64,000 nt of DNA, taken from a virus. A program made the translations under genes and the position numbers. The stretch lies in IMG/VR virus record IMGVR_UViG_3300022074_000004; one strand, given 5' to 3'. Each line of letters opens with the position of its first letter. Positions within the stretch are counted from its first letter, which is position 1. Below, one piece after another: positions 22,458 through 32,971 of the stretch. Below the pieces are notes generated by a model that searched no databases, was not told where the DNA came from, and saw only the letters and a program-made list of their open reading frames with translations.

Positions 22458-23876
22458 ATGTTAAATCCATTTTTTACACAAGGTACGGTAGGCGAGCAAA
22501 GCCTAATCCAAGATCTAATTAATGAACAATTGAGAATGTATGGCATTGAAGTTCACTATATGCCAAGATCTTTTATTGGGGAAAACGATGTTATAAGAGA
22601 GGTTGTACAGTCAGCATTCACAAGTTCATATCCAATAGAAGCTTACATACAAAATTATGAAGGATATGCAGAGAACCCAGTTCTACTCTCAAAGTTTGGT
22701 ATAGAACAAACTCAAGAAGTAGTTTTTGTAATATCTCAGGAAAGGTGGGAAAGTTATATTGAACCGCTTATTAGAGATAAACCGGATGTAAAATTATCCA
22801 GTAGACCAAAAGAAGGTGATTTGATATATCTTCCTCTGGGAGATCGTTTATACGAAATAAAATATGTAGAACATGAGAAACCATTTTATCAACTCCAGAA
22901 AAATTATGTTTATGAGTTGAGATGTGAACTCTTCCGTTATGAAAATGAAGTTATTGATACTGACATTCATGAAATTGATGACAATCTTATTGGAAATGAA
23001 ATTGATGGAAAAAATTCAGATGGAACTTCAGTAATCTTAGGTCCAACACAAACAATTCTTGTCACTGGTATAGGTATTACTGCTACCGCAACAGCAACAA
23101 TTGCTGATGGTGGCATACAACTCGTTTCAATTACAAATAGAGGAAGTGGGTACTTTGATAATCCAACAGTTAAGTTTTCAACTGCCCCAAGTGGTGGAGT
23201 TACTGGTATTGCAACAACTAGATTGATTGGCGGAATAAATCTACATGATGCAACACTTGGAACAAGATCTAGATTGGTTCAACATGTTGATATTGTAAAT
23301 ACAGGATCTGGATACACAAAAGCTCCTGGGGTTGGATTTGATGGGACTGGAAGTGGTGCCGCAGCTGTAGCTCAAATCGCAGATGGTGTTGTAAGTTCAT
23401 TTGATATTACAAACCCTGGACTTGGATACGTAGATCAACCTACTATCACAATTACCGGCGATTCTACCGTAGGAGCCGCTGCAACGGCTGTAATTGGAGA
23501 GGATGGGCAAATTACTTCAATTAATCTAATTAACGCTGGAATAGGCTATACAGAGGCTCCTACGATCACCATATCTGATCCATATATGGAATCTCAAGGA
23601 AACTTTATATTTAATGAAGTTGTAACAGGATCCGAGACTGGAACAACTGCCAGAGTTAGGTCATGGAGTTTTACAAATGTTTTGGATGTTTCAAATATCG
23701 CTGGAGAATTTAAGGTAGGAGAAGTCTTAACAGGGTCAGAATCTGGAGCAACTCATAGAGTATTATTTGTTGACAAGTTCCCAACAGATGATGGATTTGC
23801 TGACAATTTCAATATAGAAGCAGAGTCTGATAATATTATAGATTTTTCTGAAAACAATCCATTCGGAACTCCATAA
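22458..23876 (+). CDS. gp14: Neck protein gp14 with inserted GxGY repeat modules
   Basis: MLNPFF..EQSLIQDLINEQLRMYG, RPKEGDLIYLP, PFYQL..YELRCELF, DFSENNPFG; start moved to ATG 22458. Confidence 0.93.
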   Translation: MLNPFFTQGTVGEQSLIQDLINEQLRMYGIEVHYMPRSFIGENDVIREVVQSAFTSSYPIEAYIQNYEGYAENPVLLSKFGIEQTQEVVFVISQERWESYIEPLIRDKPDVKLSSRPKEGDLIYLPLGDRLYEIKYVEHEKPFYQLQKNYVYELRCELFRYENEVIDTDIHEIDDNLIGNEIDGKNSDGTSVILGPTQTILVTGIGITATATATIADGGIQLVSITNRGSGYFDNPTVKFSTAPSGGVTGIATTRLIGGINLHDATLGTRSRLVQHVDIVNTGSGYTKAPGVGFDGTGSGAAAVAQIADGVVSSFDITNPGLGYVDQPTITITGDSTVGAAATAVIGEDGQITSINLINAGIGYTEAPTITISDPYMESQGNFIFNEVVTGSETGTTARVRSWSFTNVLDVSNIAGEFKVGEVLTGSESGATHRVLFVDKFPTDDGFADNFNIEAESDNIIDFSENNPFGTP

Positions 23877-23879
23877 ATA
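23874..23879 (+). promoter_or_regulatory. Late promoter core before gp15
   Basis: CATAAATA overlapping the gp14 stop. Confidence 0.6.
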
Positions 23880-23900
23880 CAGTATATAAAAGCTATAATT

Positions 23901-24896
23901 ATGTTTGAATATTATTATAACGAAATATTAAGAAAAACAATCATCGCCTTTGGTACGATGTTTAACAATATTTCCATCAAGCACTTTGATAAGAATAATA
24001 ATGTAGTTGATGTTATAAAGGTTCCTCTTGCCTATGGACCAACTCAAAAATTTCTCGCAAGAATTGAGCAGTCTCCAGATTTAAATAAATCTACTGCGAT
24101 CACTCTTCCAAGAATGTCATTTGAGTTCAATGGTTTAAAATATGACTCTTCAAGAAAAGTAACAACAACACAACAATTTGTTGCTATTGACAGTGAAGAA
24201 GGTGCAAAGAAGACTTATATGCCAGTTCCATATAATATGGAATTTGAACTAAGCATCATGGCAAAAGTAAATGATGATATGCTCCAAATAGTTGAACAAA
24301 TATTACCATACTTCCAGCCATCTTACAACATAAGTATAGAAGTAGTAGAAAGGATAAAGGAGAAAAGAGATATTCCAATCGTATTGGAAAATATCACAAT
24401 GCAAGATGATTATACAGGAGATTTCACTAGCAGAAGAGTTTTAACATACAGTCTTAAATTTACTGCAAAAACATATCTGTTTGGTCCTGTTACATCTGCA
24501 ACTAAGGATATTATCAAAAAAGCAACTGTCAGATATCTCGATGGGAAAGATAGTACTAGTGCAATTCGTGATGTTACATATTCAGTAAAGCCAAGAGCAA
24601 TAAAAGATTACAATGGAGATATTGTAACTACTGTATCGGAAGATTTTGATACAACAGCTATAACAATAGAGGTTGATGATTTAAGCACTTTAACCGAAGA
24701 TAGCTACATTGATATAGAAGGAGAAAGAATGTATGTAAAAACAATATCAGATTCTAAGGCGTTAGTGGAGCGTGGTAGAGATGGAGCCATAGTCACTTCA
24801 CACTTGAGAGGAGCTCCTGTAAAACTCATTACTCAAGAGGATGATGTTTTAGTAGAAGAGGGTGATGATTTTGGATTTAGTGGAGATCTATTCTGA
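23901..24896 (+). CDS. gp15: Tail sheath stabiliser/completion protein gp15
   Basis: YYNEILRKTIIAFGTMFNNI, VPLAYGP, LPRMSFE, QIVEQILPYFQP, YLFGP. Confidence 0.95.
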   Translation: MFEYYYNEILRKTIIAFGTMFNNISIKHFDKNNNVVDVIKVPLAYGPTQKFLARIEQSPDLNKSTAITLPRMSFEFNGLKYDSSRKVTTTQQFVAIDSEEGAKKTYMPVPYNMEFELSIMAKVNDDMLQIVEQILPYFQPSYNISIEVVERIKEKRDIPIVLENITMQDDYTGDFTSRRVLTYSLKFTAKTYLFGPVTSATKDIIKKATVRYLDGKDSTSAIRDVTYSVKPRAIKDYNGDIVTTVSEDFDTTAITIEVDDLSTLTEDSYIDIEGERMYVKTISDSKALVERGRDGAIVTSHLRGAPVKLITQEDDVLVEEGDDFGFSGDLF

Positions 24897-25318
24897 TGTC
24901 AGATAAATTTAAAGATTTAAATGAAACCTTTGATGTAGAACCAAGTGATTCAGAATCCAGTAAGATACAAAAGATTGAAGATATTAGTTCTACAGTAGAA
25001 GATATTAAAAAAGACTATGAATATACTCGTGGTAATTTATATTCAATCATAGAAAAAGGTCAAGAAGCAATTGATAGTGTTCTTGAGTTGGCACAAGAAA
25101 CAGAACAGCCAAGAGCATATGAAGTTCTTGGCCAGTTGATTAAAAATGTCTCTGATACAACAGATAAGTTGATGGAGCTTCAGAAAAAACTTAAAGATGT
25201 TGAAGAAGAAAGTGGAAAAAATAAAGGTCCTTCAACAGTTAACAATGCCCTATTTGTTGGCTCCACAGCAGAGCTTTCAAAACTATTGAAGAATGGCCTT
25301 AAGGATCTTGATAAATAA
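24896..25318 (+). CDS. gp16: Terminase small subunit gp16
   Basis: DYEYTRGNL, PRAYEV, NNALFVGSTAELSKLL. Confidence 0.93.
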   Translation: MSDKFKDLNETFDVEPSDSESSKIQKIEDISSTVEDIKKDYEYTRGNLYSIIEKGQEAIDSVLELAQETEQPRAYEVLGQLIKNVSDTTDKLMELQKKLKDVEEESGKNKGPSTVNNALFVGSTAELSKLLKNGLKDLDK

Positions 25319-25342
25319 AACAGGTATTCTTTCTGATGTGAC

Positions 25343-26026
25343 ATGTTAGAAGAAAAGAAAAAGAAGAGTGACAAAGAAAAGATCAAAGGGATTGGTCGTG
25401 GGTATTGGGGAAGATTTGGTATAGAAGATGACCCAGAAGAGTGTTCCAATGGTGGGGATGTTGGAGAATCTGTAGTAATTGATGATGCGAATGGAAAAGC
25501 ATACGCAAAAGTAATAGATATAATCAAAAATAAAAGTATTAAAGACTATTACAATATAGATGAGGCAGTCAGAATTCCAGCAAAGACTGGAAATATGATT
25601 GATGTATATTTCAACTGGAGAGGAAGATATATTTCCTTAAAAATGTTTTTCCCTGAAGTAAGAATGCCTACAAAGCAGGATATTGGGGATCAAATTGAAA
25701 AGGCATATCCAGGTGCCCGTGTACTTACATACAACTTATCAAAGTTAGTCTCTGGAGAACCATTTCTGCAGATTGAAGATATGTCAGGAATGTCCCAAAG
25801 ATCTGGTGACAAGAGAAGCACCAAGAGTGGTGCAGGAATGACTGCAAAGGGTGTCGCAAAGTACAACAGACGCACTGGTGGTAATTTGCAGACTGCCGTA
25901 ACTACGCCCCCATCTAAACTTAAGCCAGGATCTAAATCAGCAAAACGTAGAAAGAGTTTCTGTGCTCGTTCAAAGAGTTGGAACGGTGAAAGAGGAAAAG
26001 CAGCACGTCGTCGCTGGAATTGCTGA
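25343..26026 (+). CDS. Modular late protein with very basic C-terminal domain (candidate capsid-internal protein)
   Basis: Preceded by TAAATA (25312-25317); C-terminus AKRRKSFCARS..ARRRWNC; between gp16 and gp17. Confidence 0.7.
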   Translation: MLEEKKKKSDKEKIKGIGRGYWGRFGIEDDPEECSNGGDVGESVVIDDANGKAYAKVIDIIKNKSIKDYYNIDEAVRIPAKTGNMIDVYFNWRGRYISLKMFFPEVRMPTKQDIGDQIEKAYPGARVLTYNLSKLVSGEPFLQIEDMSGMSQRSGDKRSTKSGAGMTAKGVAKYNRRTGGNLQTAVTTPPSKLKPGSKSAKRRKSFCARSKSWNGERGKAARRRWNC

Positions 26027-26253
26027 TGAAAACATTTAAAGAATTCATGAAGGAGGCAAAGGATGAGACCGAAATTGGTGCTCATACTGGAAAATTAGTG
26101 CCTAAGAAAAAAATGTCTGCTGCGAAGCGACATGAATTTGAAAAGCAGAGAAGAGAGAACTTAAAGAAACGACCTGGAGACGCTCCTGGTGATAATAAGT
26201 TGATTAATGCACTTAGAGATAAGGCAAAAAGAGAAGGAAATTATGCCAATTAA
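26026..26253 (+). CDS. Small basic protein with T4-type capsid targeting sequence
   Basis: ATG at 26026 gives MKTFKEFMKEAK; Lys/Arg-rich. Confidence 0.7.
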   Translation: MKTFKEFMKEAKDETEIGAHTGKLVPKKKMSAAKRHEFEKQRRENLKKRPGDAPGDNKLINALRDKAKREGNYAN

Positions 26254-26256
26254 ATT

Positions 26257-27906
26257 ATGACTGATTCTTATCTTGGTAATCCCCTACTTAAAAAGTATGG
26301 AACAACCCATGAGTTTACACAGGAACAAATTATTGAAATTATGAGGTGTCAAGATGACCCAGTATACTTTGCAAGTCATTATGTAAAAATCGTTTCTCTT
26401 GACGATGGTTTGACACAATTTCAGCCATATGATTTTCAGGAGAAATTGATAAGCAATTTCCATGAGAATAGATTTAATATTTGCAAAATGCCTCGTCAGA
26501 CAGGTAAGTCTACAACTGTGATTTCATATCTTTTACACTTTTTATTATTCAATGCAAATGTAAGTATTGGTATATTGGCAAACAAAGCGTCAACCTCAAG
26601 AGAACTTTTGAGTAGACTTGCAACTGCATATGAAAACATTCCAAAGTGGATGCAGCAAGGTGTGATAAACTGGAACAAAGGTAATATTGAATTAGAAAAT
26701 GGCAGTAAGATATTGGCAGCTTCTACGTCTGCAAGTGCTGTTCGAGGTATGTCATTTAACATCCTCTTTCTCGACGAGTTCGCGTTCGTCCCAAATCACG
26801 TTGCTGACCAATTCTTTGCATCTGTTTATCCTACTATTACTTCTGGTAAAAGCACCAAAGTAATTATTGTTTCTACGCCACATGGTATGAATCACTTCTA
26901 CCGAATGTGGCATGATGCAGAAAGATCAATTAATGAATACGTACCGACTGAAGTTCATTGGTCAGAAGTTCCCGGTAGAGACGATAAGTGGAAAAAGCAA
27001 ACAATTGCAAATACTTCTGAATCTCAGTTCAAGGTTGAGTTTGAATGTGAATTCTTAGGATCTGTTGATACTTTAATTGCACCAAGTAAATTGAAGTCTT
27101 TGGTTTATGAGAACCCAAAGACAATGAATGCTGGTTTAGATGTATATAAAGACCCGATAAAAGATCACGATTACGTTATAACTGTTGATGTTGCCCGTGG
27201 AGTTGGAGAAGATTTTTCGGCATTTGTTGTTGTAGATATTACAGAGTTCCCACACAAGGTTGTAGCAAAATATAGAAATAATGAAATAAAGCCAATGCTA
27301 TTTCCAAATGTTATTTGGGAAGTTGCGAGAAGTTATAATAGTGCATATATTTTATGCGAAGTTAATGATGTTGGAGACCAAGTAGCATCAATCATTCAAT
27401 ATGATCTAGAATATCAAAATTTACTTATGTGTTCCATGAGAGGTCGTGCTGGACAAGTAGTGGGTCAAGGATTTTCAGGCAAAAAAACTCAATTGGGATT
27501 AAAGATGTCCAAGACCGTAAAGAAGGTTGGATCTCTTAATCTAAAAGCGATGATTGAGGAAGATAAACTTATTTTTTCTGATTATGAAATAATATCAGAG
27601 CTAACTACTTTTATTTCAAAAAGAAATTCATTTGAAGCTGAAGATGGTTGCAATGACGACTTAGCAATGTGTCTTGTCATTTACGCTTGGTTAGTCGCTC
27701 AAGATTACTTTAAAGAATTAACAGACCAGGATGTAAGAAAAAGATTATATGAAGAGCAAAAAAATCAGATTGAACAAGACATGGCACCTTTTGGATTCAT
27801 GTCAGATGGTCTAGATGATAATGAAAGTTTTGTAGATCAAGATGGTGATCGCTGGCATACGGATGAGTATGGAGATAGAGCTTATATGTGGGATTATCTA
27901 TCATGA
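26257..27906 (+). CDS. gp17: Terminase large subunit gp17
   Basis: Walker A MPRQTGKST, Walker B ILFLDEFAF, VSTPHGMNHFY, nuclease motifs VDVARG and NDDLAM. Confidence 0.97.
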   Translation: MTDSYLGNPLLKKYGTTHEFTQEQIIEIMRCQDDPVYFASHYVKIVSLDDGLTQFQPYDFQEKLISNFHENRFNICKMPRQTGKSTTVISYLLHFLLFNANVSIGILANKASTSRELLSRLATAYENIPKWMQQGVINWNKGNIELENGSKILAASTSASAVRGMSFNILFLDEFAFVPNHVADQFFASVYPTITSGKSTKVIIVSTPHGMNHFYRMWHDAERSINEYVPTEVHWSEVPGRDDKWKKQTIANTSESQFKVEFECEFLGSVDTLIAPSKLKSLVYENPKTMNAGLDVYKDPIKDHDYVITVDVARGVGEDFSAFVVVDITEFPHKVVAKYRNNEIKPMLFPNVIWEVARSYNSAYILCEVNDVGDQVASIIQYDLEYQNLLMCSMRGRAGQVVGQGFSGKKTQLGLKMSKTVKKVGSLNLKAMIEEDKLIFSDYEIISELTTFISKRNSFEAEDGCNDDLAMCLVIYAWLVAQDYFKELTDQDVRKRLYEEQKNQIEQDMAPFGFMSDGLDDNESFVDQDGDRWHTDEYGDRAYMWDYLS

Positions 27907-28106
27907 TCAATAGAAAAAACACCAAAGAAAAAGTTATTGATCTAATACGCTTTGTTATTTTTACACAATTACTGATTGTTGCTGCAACTATCTTTGGATG
28001 TTTTGTACCAGGTAAAACTTGTGATGGAGAATCAAAGCAATATATTGCAAATATGATGACTCTTATAACTACCTCTACATTTGCATTATATGCAGCAGAA
28101 AAATGA
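27903..28106 (+). CDS. Small two-TM membrane protein
   Basis: ATG overlapping the gp17 stop; two hydrophobic segments. Confidence 0.6.
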   Translation: MINRKNTKEKVIDLIRFVIFTQLLIVAATIFGCFVPGKTCDGESKQYIANMMTLITTSTFALYAAEK

Positions 28107-28342
28107 TAGATGGATTTGATGACAATCAAATTAAATTAGGGCATCTCCTGCTCACTGATAGAACTTGCAATAAATGTGGGCAGGTAAAAAATTTATTGGA
28201 TTGTTTTTACAGGACAAGAAAAGACAGAGGTCCGGTAGCGGCTTCATACTCATATGAATGTAAAGAATGTACAAAAGAGAGGATTGTCTCAAAAAGAAGA
28301 AAAAAAGACAGAATTGATAGATGGGAATACCCTGATTGGTAG
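28103..28342 (+). CDS. Small zinc-finger protein
   Basis: CNKC...CKEC; overlaps upstream stop. Confidence 0.75.
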   Translation: MIDGFDDNQIKLGHLLLTDRTCNKCGQVKNLLDCFYRTRKDRGPVAASYSYECKECTKERIVSKRRKKDRIDRWEYPDW

Positions 28343-28380
28343 TTCACGCTAGGTTTCCCCAATGAAACTTGCCCTTTTAA

Positions 28381-28386
28381 TAAATA
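28381..28386 (+). promoter_or_regulatory. Late promoter core before gp18
   Basis: AATAAATA intergenic, followed by GGAGA Shine-Dalgarno. Confidence 0.7.
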
Positions 28387-28419
28387 ATTTTTAGTTTAAT
28401 ATAGTTAACGGAGAAACAA

Positions 28420-30549
28420 ATGGCAACTCCACAATTATCTCCCGGTCTGATTTCAAGAGAGATTGACCTGACAGTTGGTAGAGTTGATAATGTAATCGAT
28501 ATTACTGGAGCTTTTGCAGGCCCATTTTCAATTGGACCAGTTGATGAGACAGTAATTATTGAGAGTGAAAGAGATTTGATTGACACATTCGGACAACCAA
28601 GCGAAGTGGGCAATCACTTTGAGTATTGGATGAGTGCTGCATCATATCTTTCATACGGTGGAAATATGAACATCGTAAGAACATCAGGAAGCAATCTCAA
28701 AAATGCGAATGATACTGGTGTTGCGACTATGATCAAAAATTATGATGACTATCAATTGTATCACACAACAGCATCTTCTTATAGCTTTGCTGCTAAAAAC
28801 CCAGGAACATGGGCAAATGGAATGGCAGTATGTATGATCGATGATTTGGCAGATCAAATTATTGAGATTGACTCGAACGATCTGGCTGCAGATGGAGCTG
28901 TTGTTGGCGAAGGCATCACTGCACCGTTAACAGCCGTAACAATACCAGGAAGTGGTTCAACAGCACCATTCACTGGAGTTCTTAAAGGAATTATTACATC
29001 AGTTAATAGCTCAACAACAGCTAATAGTACACTGACAGTAAAGATTGTATCCAGAGTCTCCACAGCAGGAGAAGAAACAGCTATGAGCTATGTGCCACTT
29101 AGCGCATATGCAGCTTTTGCAGCAGCATCAACTATTTCGTATGTAGATTCCACTGGAACAGAAGTAGCAACAGCAACTGTAGAGAAAGCATATGACTGGT
29201 ACGATCAACAAACTCTTAATTTAACAAACAGTGTTGTTTACTGGAAATCTATTGCACCAAAACCAGTAGCCACAAACTACACACTTTCCAGACAAGGAAA
29301 TAACGATGGTCTTCACATTGTTGTAGTTGATGATCTCGGTACTGTGACAGGTGTCCGTGGAAATATCATGGAGAAGCATCTGTTCCTCTCGAAAGCAAAA
29401 GATGCAGTTTCAGACGTAAGTTCACCACAAAAAAATTATTATAAGAATTATATTGCAGATTTCTCTACAAATGTGTATGTTGGAGATAATGCTTTAACAT
29501 TAGCAGCAACAGGTTTTTCATCTGGCTATACTCCAGCTAGTGCTGAGTGGGGAGAAGATGCACAAGGTAGTGTATTTAAGTCTGCAGGAAATCTATCATT
29601 TACACTTTCTGCTGGTGCAGATTATGGTGCAGACGGTTCAATGGATACCGGACTGCAAGATTTGATGGCATCATATAGTCTTTTCACTAATTCCGATAAC
29701 GTGGAAGTTGATTTCTTGATCATGGGTCCAGGTCTAGCTGATAGAAACGAATCTCAAGCAAAAGCAAATTATTTGATTTCTATTGCAAATGAGAGAAAAG
29801 ATTGTATGGCGGTTATTGGGCCACATTATTCCGATCTTGTTGGTGTAACTAATTCAGATACTCAAACAGATAATTTGATTAGTTATTTTGGATCACTACA
29901 GTCTTCATCATATGCAGTATTTGACAGTGGATACAAGTATACTTACAATAGATTTGCAAATAAATTCTGTTACCTTCCTTGCAATCCAGACATTGCAGGA
30001 ATCATGTCTAGAACAAATATTGACTCATTCCCATGGTTCTCTCCTGCAGGAGAGAATAGAGGAACTCTGAATAATGCAGTTAAGTTGGCATATAACCCAT
30101 CTAAGACAGATAGAGATCGTTTATATCCAAATAGAATTAACCCTGTTATCACTCAAACTGGTAAAGGAACATTCTTATTTGGAGATAAAACTGCTCTATC
30201 ATATCCATCTGCATTTGATAGAATAAATGTTCGTCGTTTGTTCTTAACAATTGAACAGGCTCTAGATGGTGCTGCACAGGCACAATTATTCGAGCTTAAT
30301 GATGATACAACTAGAAGCGGATTTATTAACATTGTTGAACCATATCTTCGTGATATCCAGGCAAAGCGTGGATTAGTTGATTTTAGAGTTATTTGTGATG
30401 TCACAAACAATACTCCAGATGTTATTGATAATAATGAGTTTAGAGCAGATATCTTCTTAAAACCAACAAAGTCAATTAACTATATTACATTAACATTTGT
30501 TGCCACCAGAACTGGTGTTGACTTTGAAGAAGTTATAGGTCGAGTTTGA
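28420..30549 (+). CDS. gp18: Tail sheath protein gp18
   Basis: SPGLISREIDLT, PWFSPAG, FGDKT, AFDRINVRRLF, KPTKSINYITLTFVATRTGVDFEE. Confidence 0.97.
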   Translation: MATPQLSPGLISREIDLTVGRVDNVIDITGAFAGPFSIGPVDETVIIESERDLIDTFGQPSEVGNHFEYWMSAASYLSYGGNMNIVRTSGSNLKNANDTGVATMIKNYDDYQLYHTTASSYSFAAKNPGTWANGMAVCMIDDLADQIIEIDSNDLAADGAVVGEGITAPLTAVTIPGSGSTAPFTGVLKGIITSVNSSTTANSTLTVKIVSRVSTAGEETAMSYVPLSAYAAFAAASTISYVDSTGTEVATATVEKAYDWYDQQTLNLTNSVVYWKSIAPKPVATNYTLSRQGNNDGLHIVVVDDLGTVTGVRGNIMEKHLFLSKAKDAVSDVSSPQKNYYKNYIADFSTNVYVGDNALTLAATGFSSGYTPASAEWGEDAQGSVFKSAGNLSFTLSAGADYGADGSMDTGLQDLMASYSLFTNSDNVEVDFLIMGPGLADRNESQAKANYLISIANERKDCMAVIGPHYSDLVGVTNSDTQTDNLISYFGSLQSSSYAVFDSGYKYTYNRFANKFCYLPCNPDIAGIMSRTNIDSFPWFSPAGENRGTLNNAVKLAYNPSKTDRDRLYPNRINPVITQTGKGTFLFGDKTALSYPSAFDRINVRRLFLTIEQALDGAAQAQLFELNDDTTRSGFINIVEPYLRDIQAKRGLVDFRVICDVTNNTPDVIDNNEFRADIFLKPTKSINYITLTFVATRTGVDFEEVIGRV

Positions 30550-30587
30550 TACTTAAAATTAACAACACAAATTAAAGGAGAAAAAAA

Positions 30588-31238
30588 ATGGCCACTGAGA
30601 CTAATACACAAGCTGATGAGCACGCAGGAAAAAGTAGTATTACGGATTTTAAAACAAAATTAAGTGGAGGAGGTGCCCGCCCCAATCTATTCTATGTTGA
30701 ATTCACAGATCTTTTTAATGATCCCATTGAGGATGATCTTACTGGTCAAGATCTGACTGACGCTAAAGAGTCCAATGTTACAAGAAATGATCAATTTTCA
30801 TATCTTTGTAAGGCAGCACAAATTCCAGCATCTGTAATTGCATCAATTGATGTTCCTTTTAGAGGTAGAATTTTGAAGGTTGCAGGCGACAGAACATTTG
30901 AGCCATGGACAATTACAGTCATTAATGATCAAAATTTCAACGTTAGAGAAAGATTTGAAGATTGGATGCAAAAAATTGCACAATATACTGATGCTTCTGG
31001 TGATGCAAAACCAGACTCCTACTATAAAAAAGCAACAGTACATCAACTCGGTAGAGGTGGAGATGCTAAATCTGATCTAACTAAATTGAATGGTAGTGGA
31101 TTGAAAACTATTAAGAAGTACAAGTTCCATGATATTTTCCCAACCAATCTTGGTGCAATTGAATTGAACTATGAATCAACAAATGCAATTGAAGAGTTTA
31201 CTGTAGAGCTGCAAGTTAACTATTGGGAATCCATATAA
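30588..31238 (+). CDS. gp19: Tail tube protein gp19
   Basis: GGGARPNLF, VPFRGRILKVAGDRTFEPWTITVIND, IEEFTVELQVNYW. Confidence 0.96.
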   Translation: MATETNTQADEHAGKSSITDFKTKLSGGGARPNLFYVEFTDLFNDPIEDDLTGQDLTDAKESNVTRNDQFSYLCKAAQIPASVIASIDVPFRGRILKVAGDRTFEPWTITVINDQNFNVRERFEDWMQKIAQYTDASGDAKPDSYYKKATVHQLGRGGDAKSDLTKLNGSGLKTIKKYKFHDIFPTNLGAIELNYESTNAIEEFTVELQVNYWESI

Positions 31239-31241
31239 ATA
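31234..31241 (+). promoter_or_regulatory. Late promoter TATAAATA before gp20
   Basis: Perfect T4 late consensus. Confidence 0.8.
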
Positions 31242-31264
31242 GTAGAAAACAAATCTATTAAATA

Positions 31265-32971
31265 ATGGCAAGGCTCTTTGGTTTTTCAATTGATGATAAT
31301 GAAGATAAGCTGAGTAAATCAGCGGTCTCCCCCGTTCCTCCAAATAATGAGGACGGGGTTGACCATTATATGAGTAGTGGTTTTTTTGGTTCGTATCTTG
31401 ATATCGAAGGTGTTTATAAGACAGAATTTGATCTAATAAAAAGATATCGCGAGATGTCTCTTCACCCAGAGGTTGATACTGCAATCGAAGATATCGTAAA
31501 TGAAGCAATTGTTTCTGATCAAAATGATAGTCCAATAGAAATTGAACTATCAAATCTTAAAGCCAGTGATGGTATAAAGAAGACTATTAGAGAAGAATTT
31601 AGGCATATCCTTGATATGCTTGATTTTCATAAAAAGTCTCACGAAATTTATAGAAATTGGTATGTTGATGGTAGATTGTATTACCATAAAATTATTGATT
31701 TAAAAAATCCACAAGATGGTATTCAAGAGCTGCGTTACATAGACCCAATGAAAATGCGGTATGTTAGGCAGCAAAAGAAAACGGAAAAAGATAAGTATAA
31801 TCAGCTTATTAGTAGTAATATGCTGAGAGATGAAAATCCAATGGAATATAATTTTCCAGAAATAGAAGAATATTTCATCTATAACCCCAAATCTACTGGG
31901 ACTGGAAACCCAATGCAAACAAATACAACAAAAGGTATTCGTATTGCAAAAGATTCCATCACATATTGCACATCTGGTTTGGTAGATAGAAACAAAGGAA
32001 CTACTCTTTCTTATCTTCACAAATCAATTAAATCTCTCAATCAACTCAGAATGATTGAGGATAGTTTGGTAATCTATAGATTGTCAAGAGCACCAGAGCG
32101 TCGTATTTTTTACATCGATGTTGGCAATTTGCCTAAAGTAAAAGCAGAGCAGTATTTGCGTGATGTAATGATGCGTTACAGAAATAAACTTGTATATGAC
32201 GCATCAACAGGAGAGATCAGAGATGACAAAAAGTTCATGTCTATGCTTGAGGACTTCTGGCTCCCTAGAAGGGAGGGAGGACGTGGAACTGAAATTACTA
32301 CTCTGCCTGGAGGTCAAAACCTCGGAGAAATCACAGATATTGAATACTTTAAGAAAAAACTCTACCGGGCCCTTAATGTTCCGCCGTCGCGTATGGACGG
32401 AGAAGGTGGATTTAATCTGGGTAGATCATCTGAAATCCTTAGGGATGAGTTAAAATTTACAAAGTTTGTAAGTCGTTTGAGAAAGAGATTCTCAAATATG
32501 TTCCATGATATTTTGAGAACTCAACTAATTCTGAAGAATGTAGTCACCCCAGAAGATTGGGAAAAGATGAAAGAGCATATTCAATATGACTTCTTGTATG
32601 ACAATCACTTCTCAGAACTCAAGGAATCCGAATTGATGCAGGATAGATTTGGATTATTAGAAACCGCTCAACCTTATGTTGGAAAATATTTCTCACAAGA
32701 TTATGTACGTAGGAAGATTTTACGTCAAACTGATGAGGAAATCATTGAACAGGATAAGATGATTGAAAAAGAAATTGCAGATGGCGTTATCCCAGATCCA
32801 AATCAACCAGTTGATCCAGAAACGGGAATGCCTATGGACCCGACTGGAATGGATGATCCTGCAGTTGCAGCAGGTGGTGGCGAAATGGGAGCTGTTCCAA
32901 CAGAACCAGATTTGGAACAACAAGCAAGAGCAACAAAAGCACCAGAAATGCCTAAAGGTGGTGAAATATAA
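31265..32971 (+). CDS. gp20: Portal protein gp20
   Basis: LVIYRLSRAPERRIFYIDVGNLPK, EDFWLPRREGGRGTEITTLPGGQNLG. Confidence 0.98.
   Translation: MARLFGFSIDDNEDKLSKSAVSPVPPNNEDGVDHYMSSGFFGSYLDIEGVYKTEFDLIKRYREMSLHPEVDTAIEDIVNEAIVSDQNDSPIEIELSNLKASDGIKKTIREEFRHILDMLDFHKKSHEIYRNWYVDGRLYYHKIIDLKNPQDGIQELRYIDPMKMRYVRQQKKTEKDKYNQLISSNMLRDENPMEYNFPEIEEYFIYNPKSTGTGNPMQTNTTKGIRIAKDSITYCTSGLVDRNKGTTLSYLHKSIKSLNQLRMIEDSLVIYRLSRAPERRIFYIDVGNLPKVKAEQYLRDVMMRYRNKLVYDASTGEIRDDKKFMSMLEDFWLPRREGGRGTEITTLPGGQNLGEITDIEYFKKKLYRALNVPPSRMDGEGGFNLGRSSEILRDELKFTKFVSRLRKRFSNMFHDILRTQLILKNVVTPEDWEKMKEHIQYDFLYDNHFSELKESELMQDRFGLLETAQPYVGKYFSQDYVRRKILRQTDEEIIEQDKMIEKEIADGVIPDPNQPVDPETGMPMDPTGMDDPAVAAGGGEMGAVPTEPDLEQQARATKAPEMPKGGEI

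Noticed and set aside
28348-28378. Hairpin AGGTTTC-CCCAAT-GAAACTT before gp18 as a terminator
   Set aside because: Weak A/U-rich stem and a short, displaced T-run; not supportable
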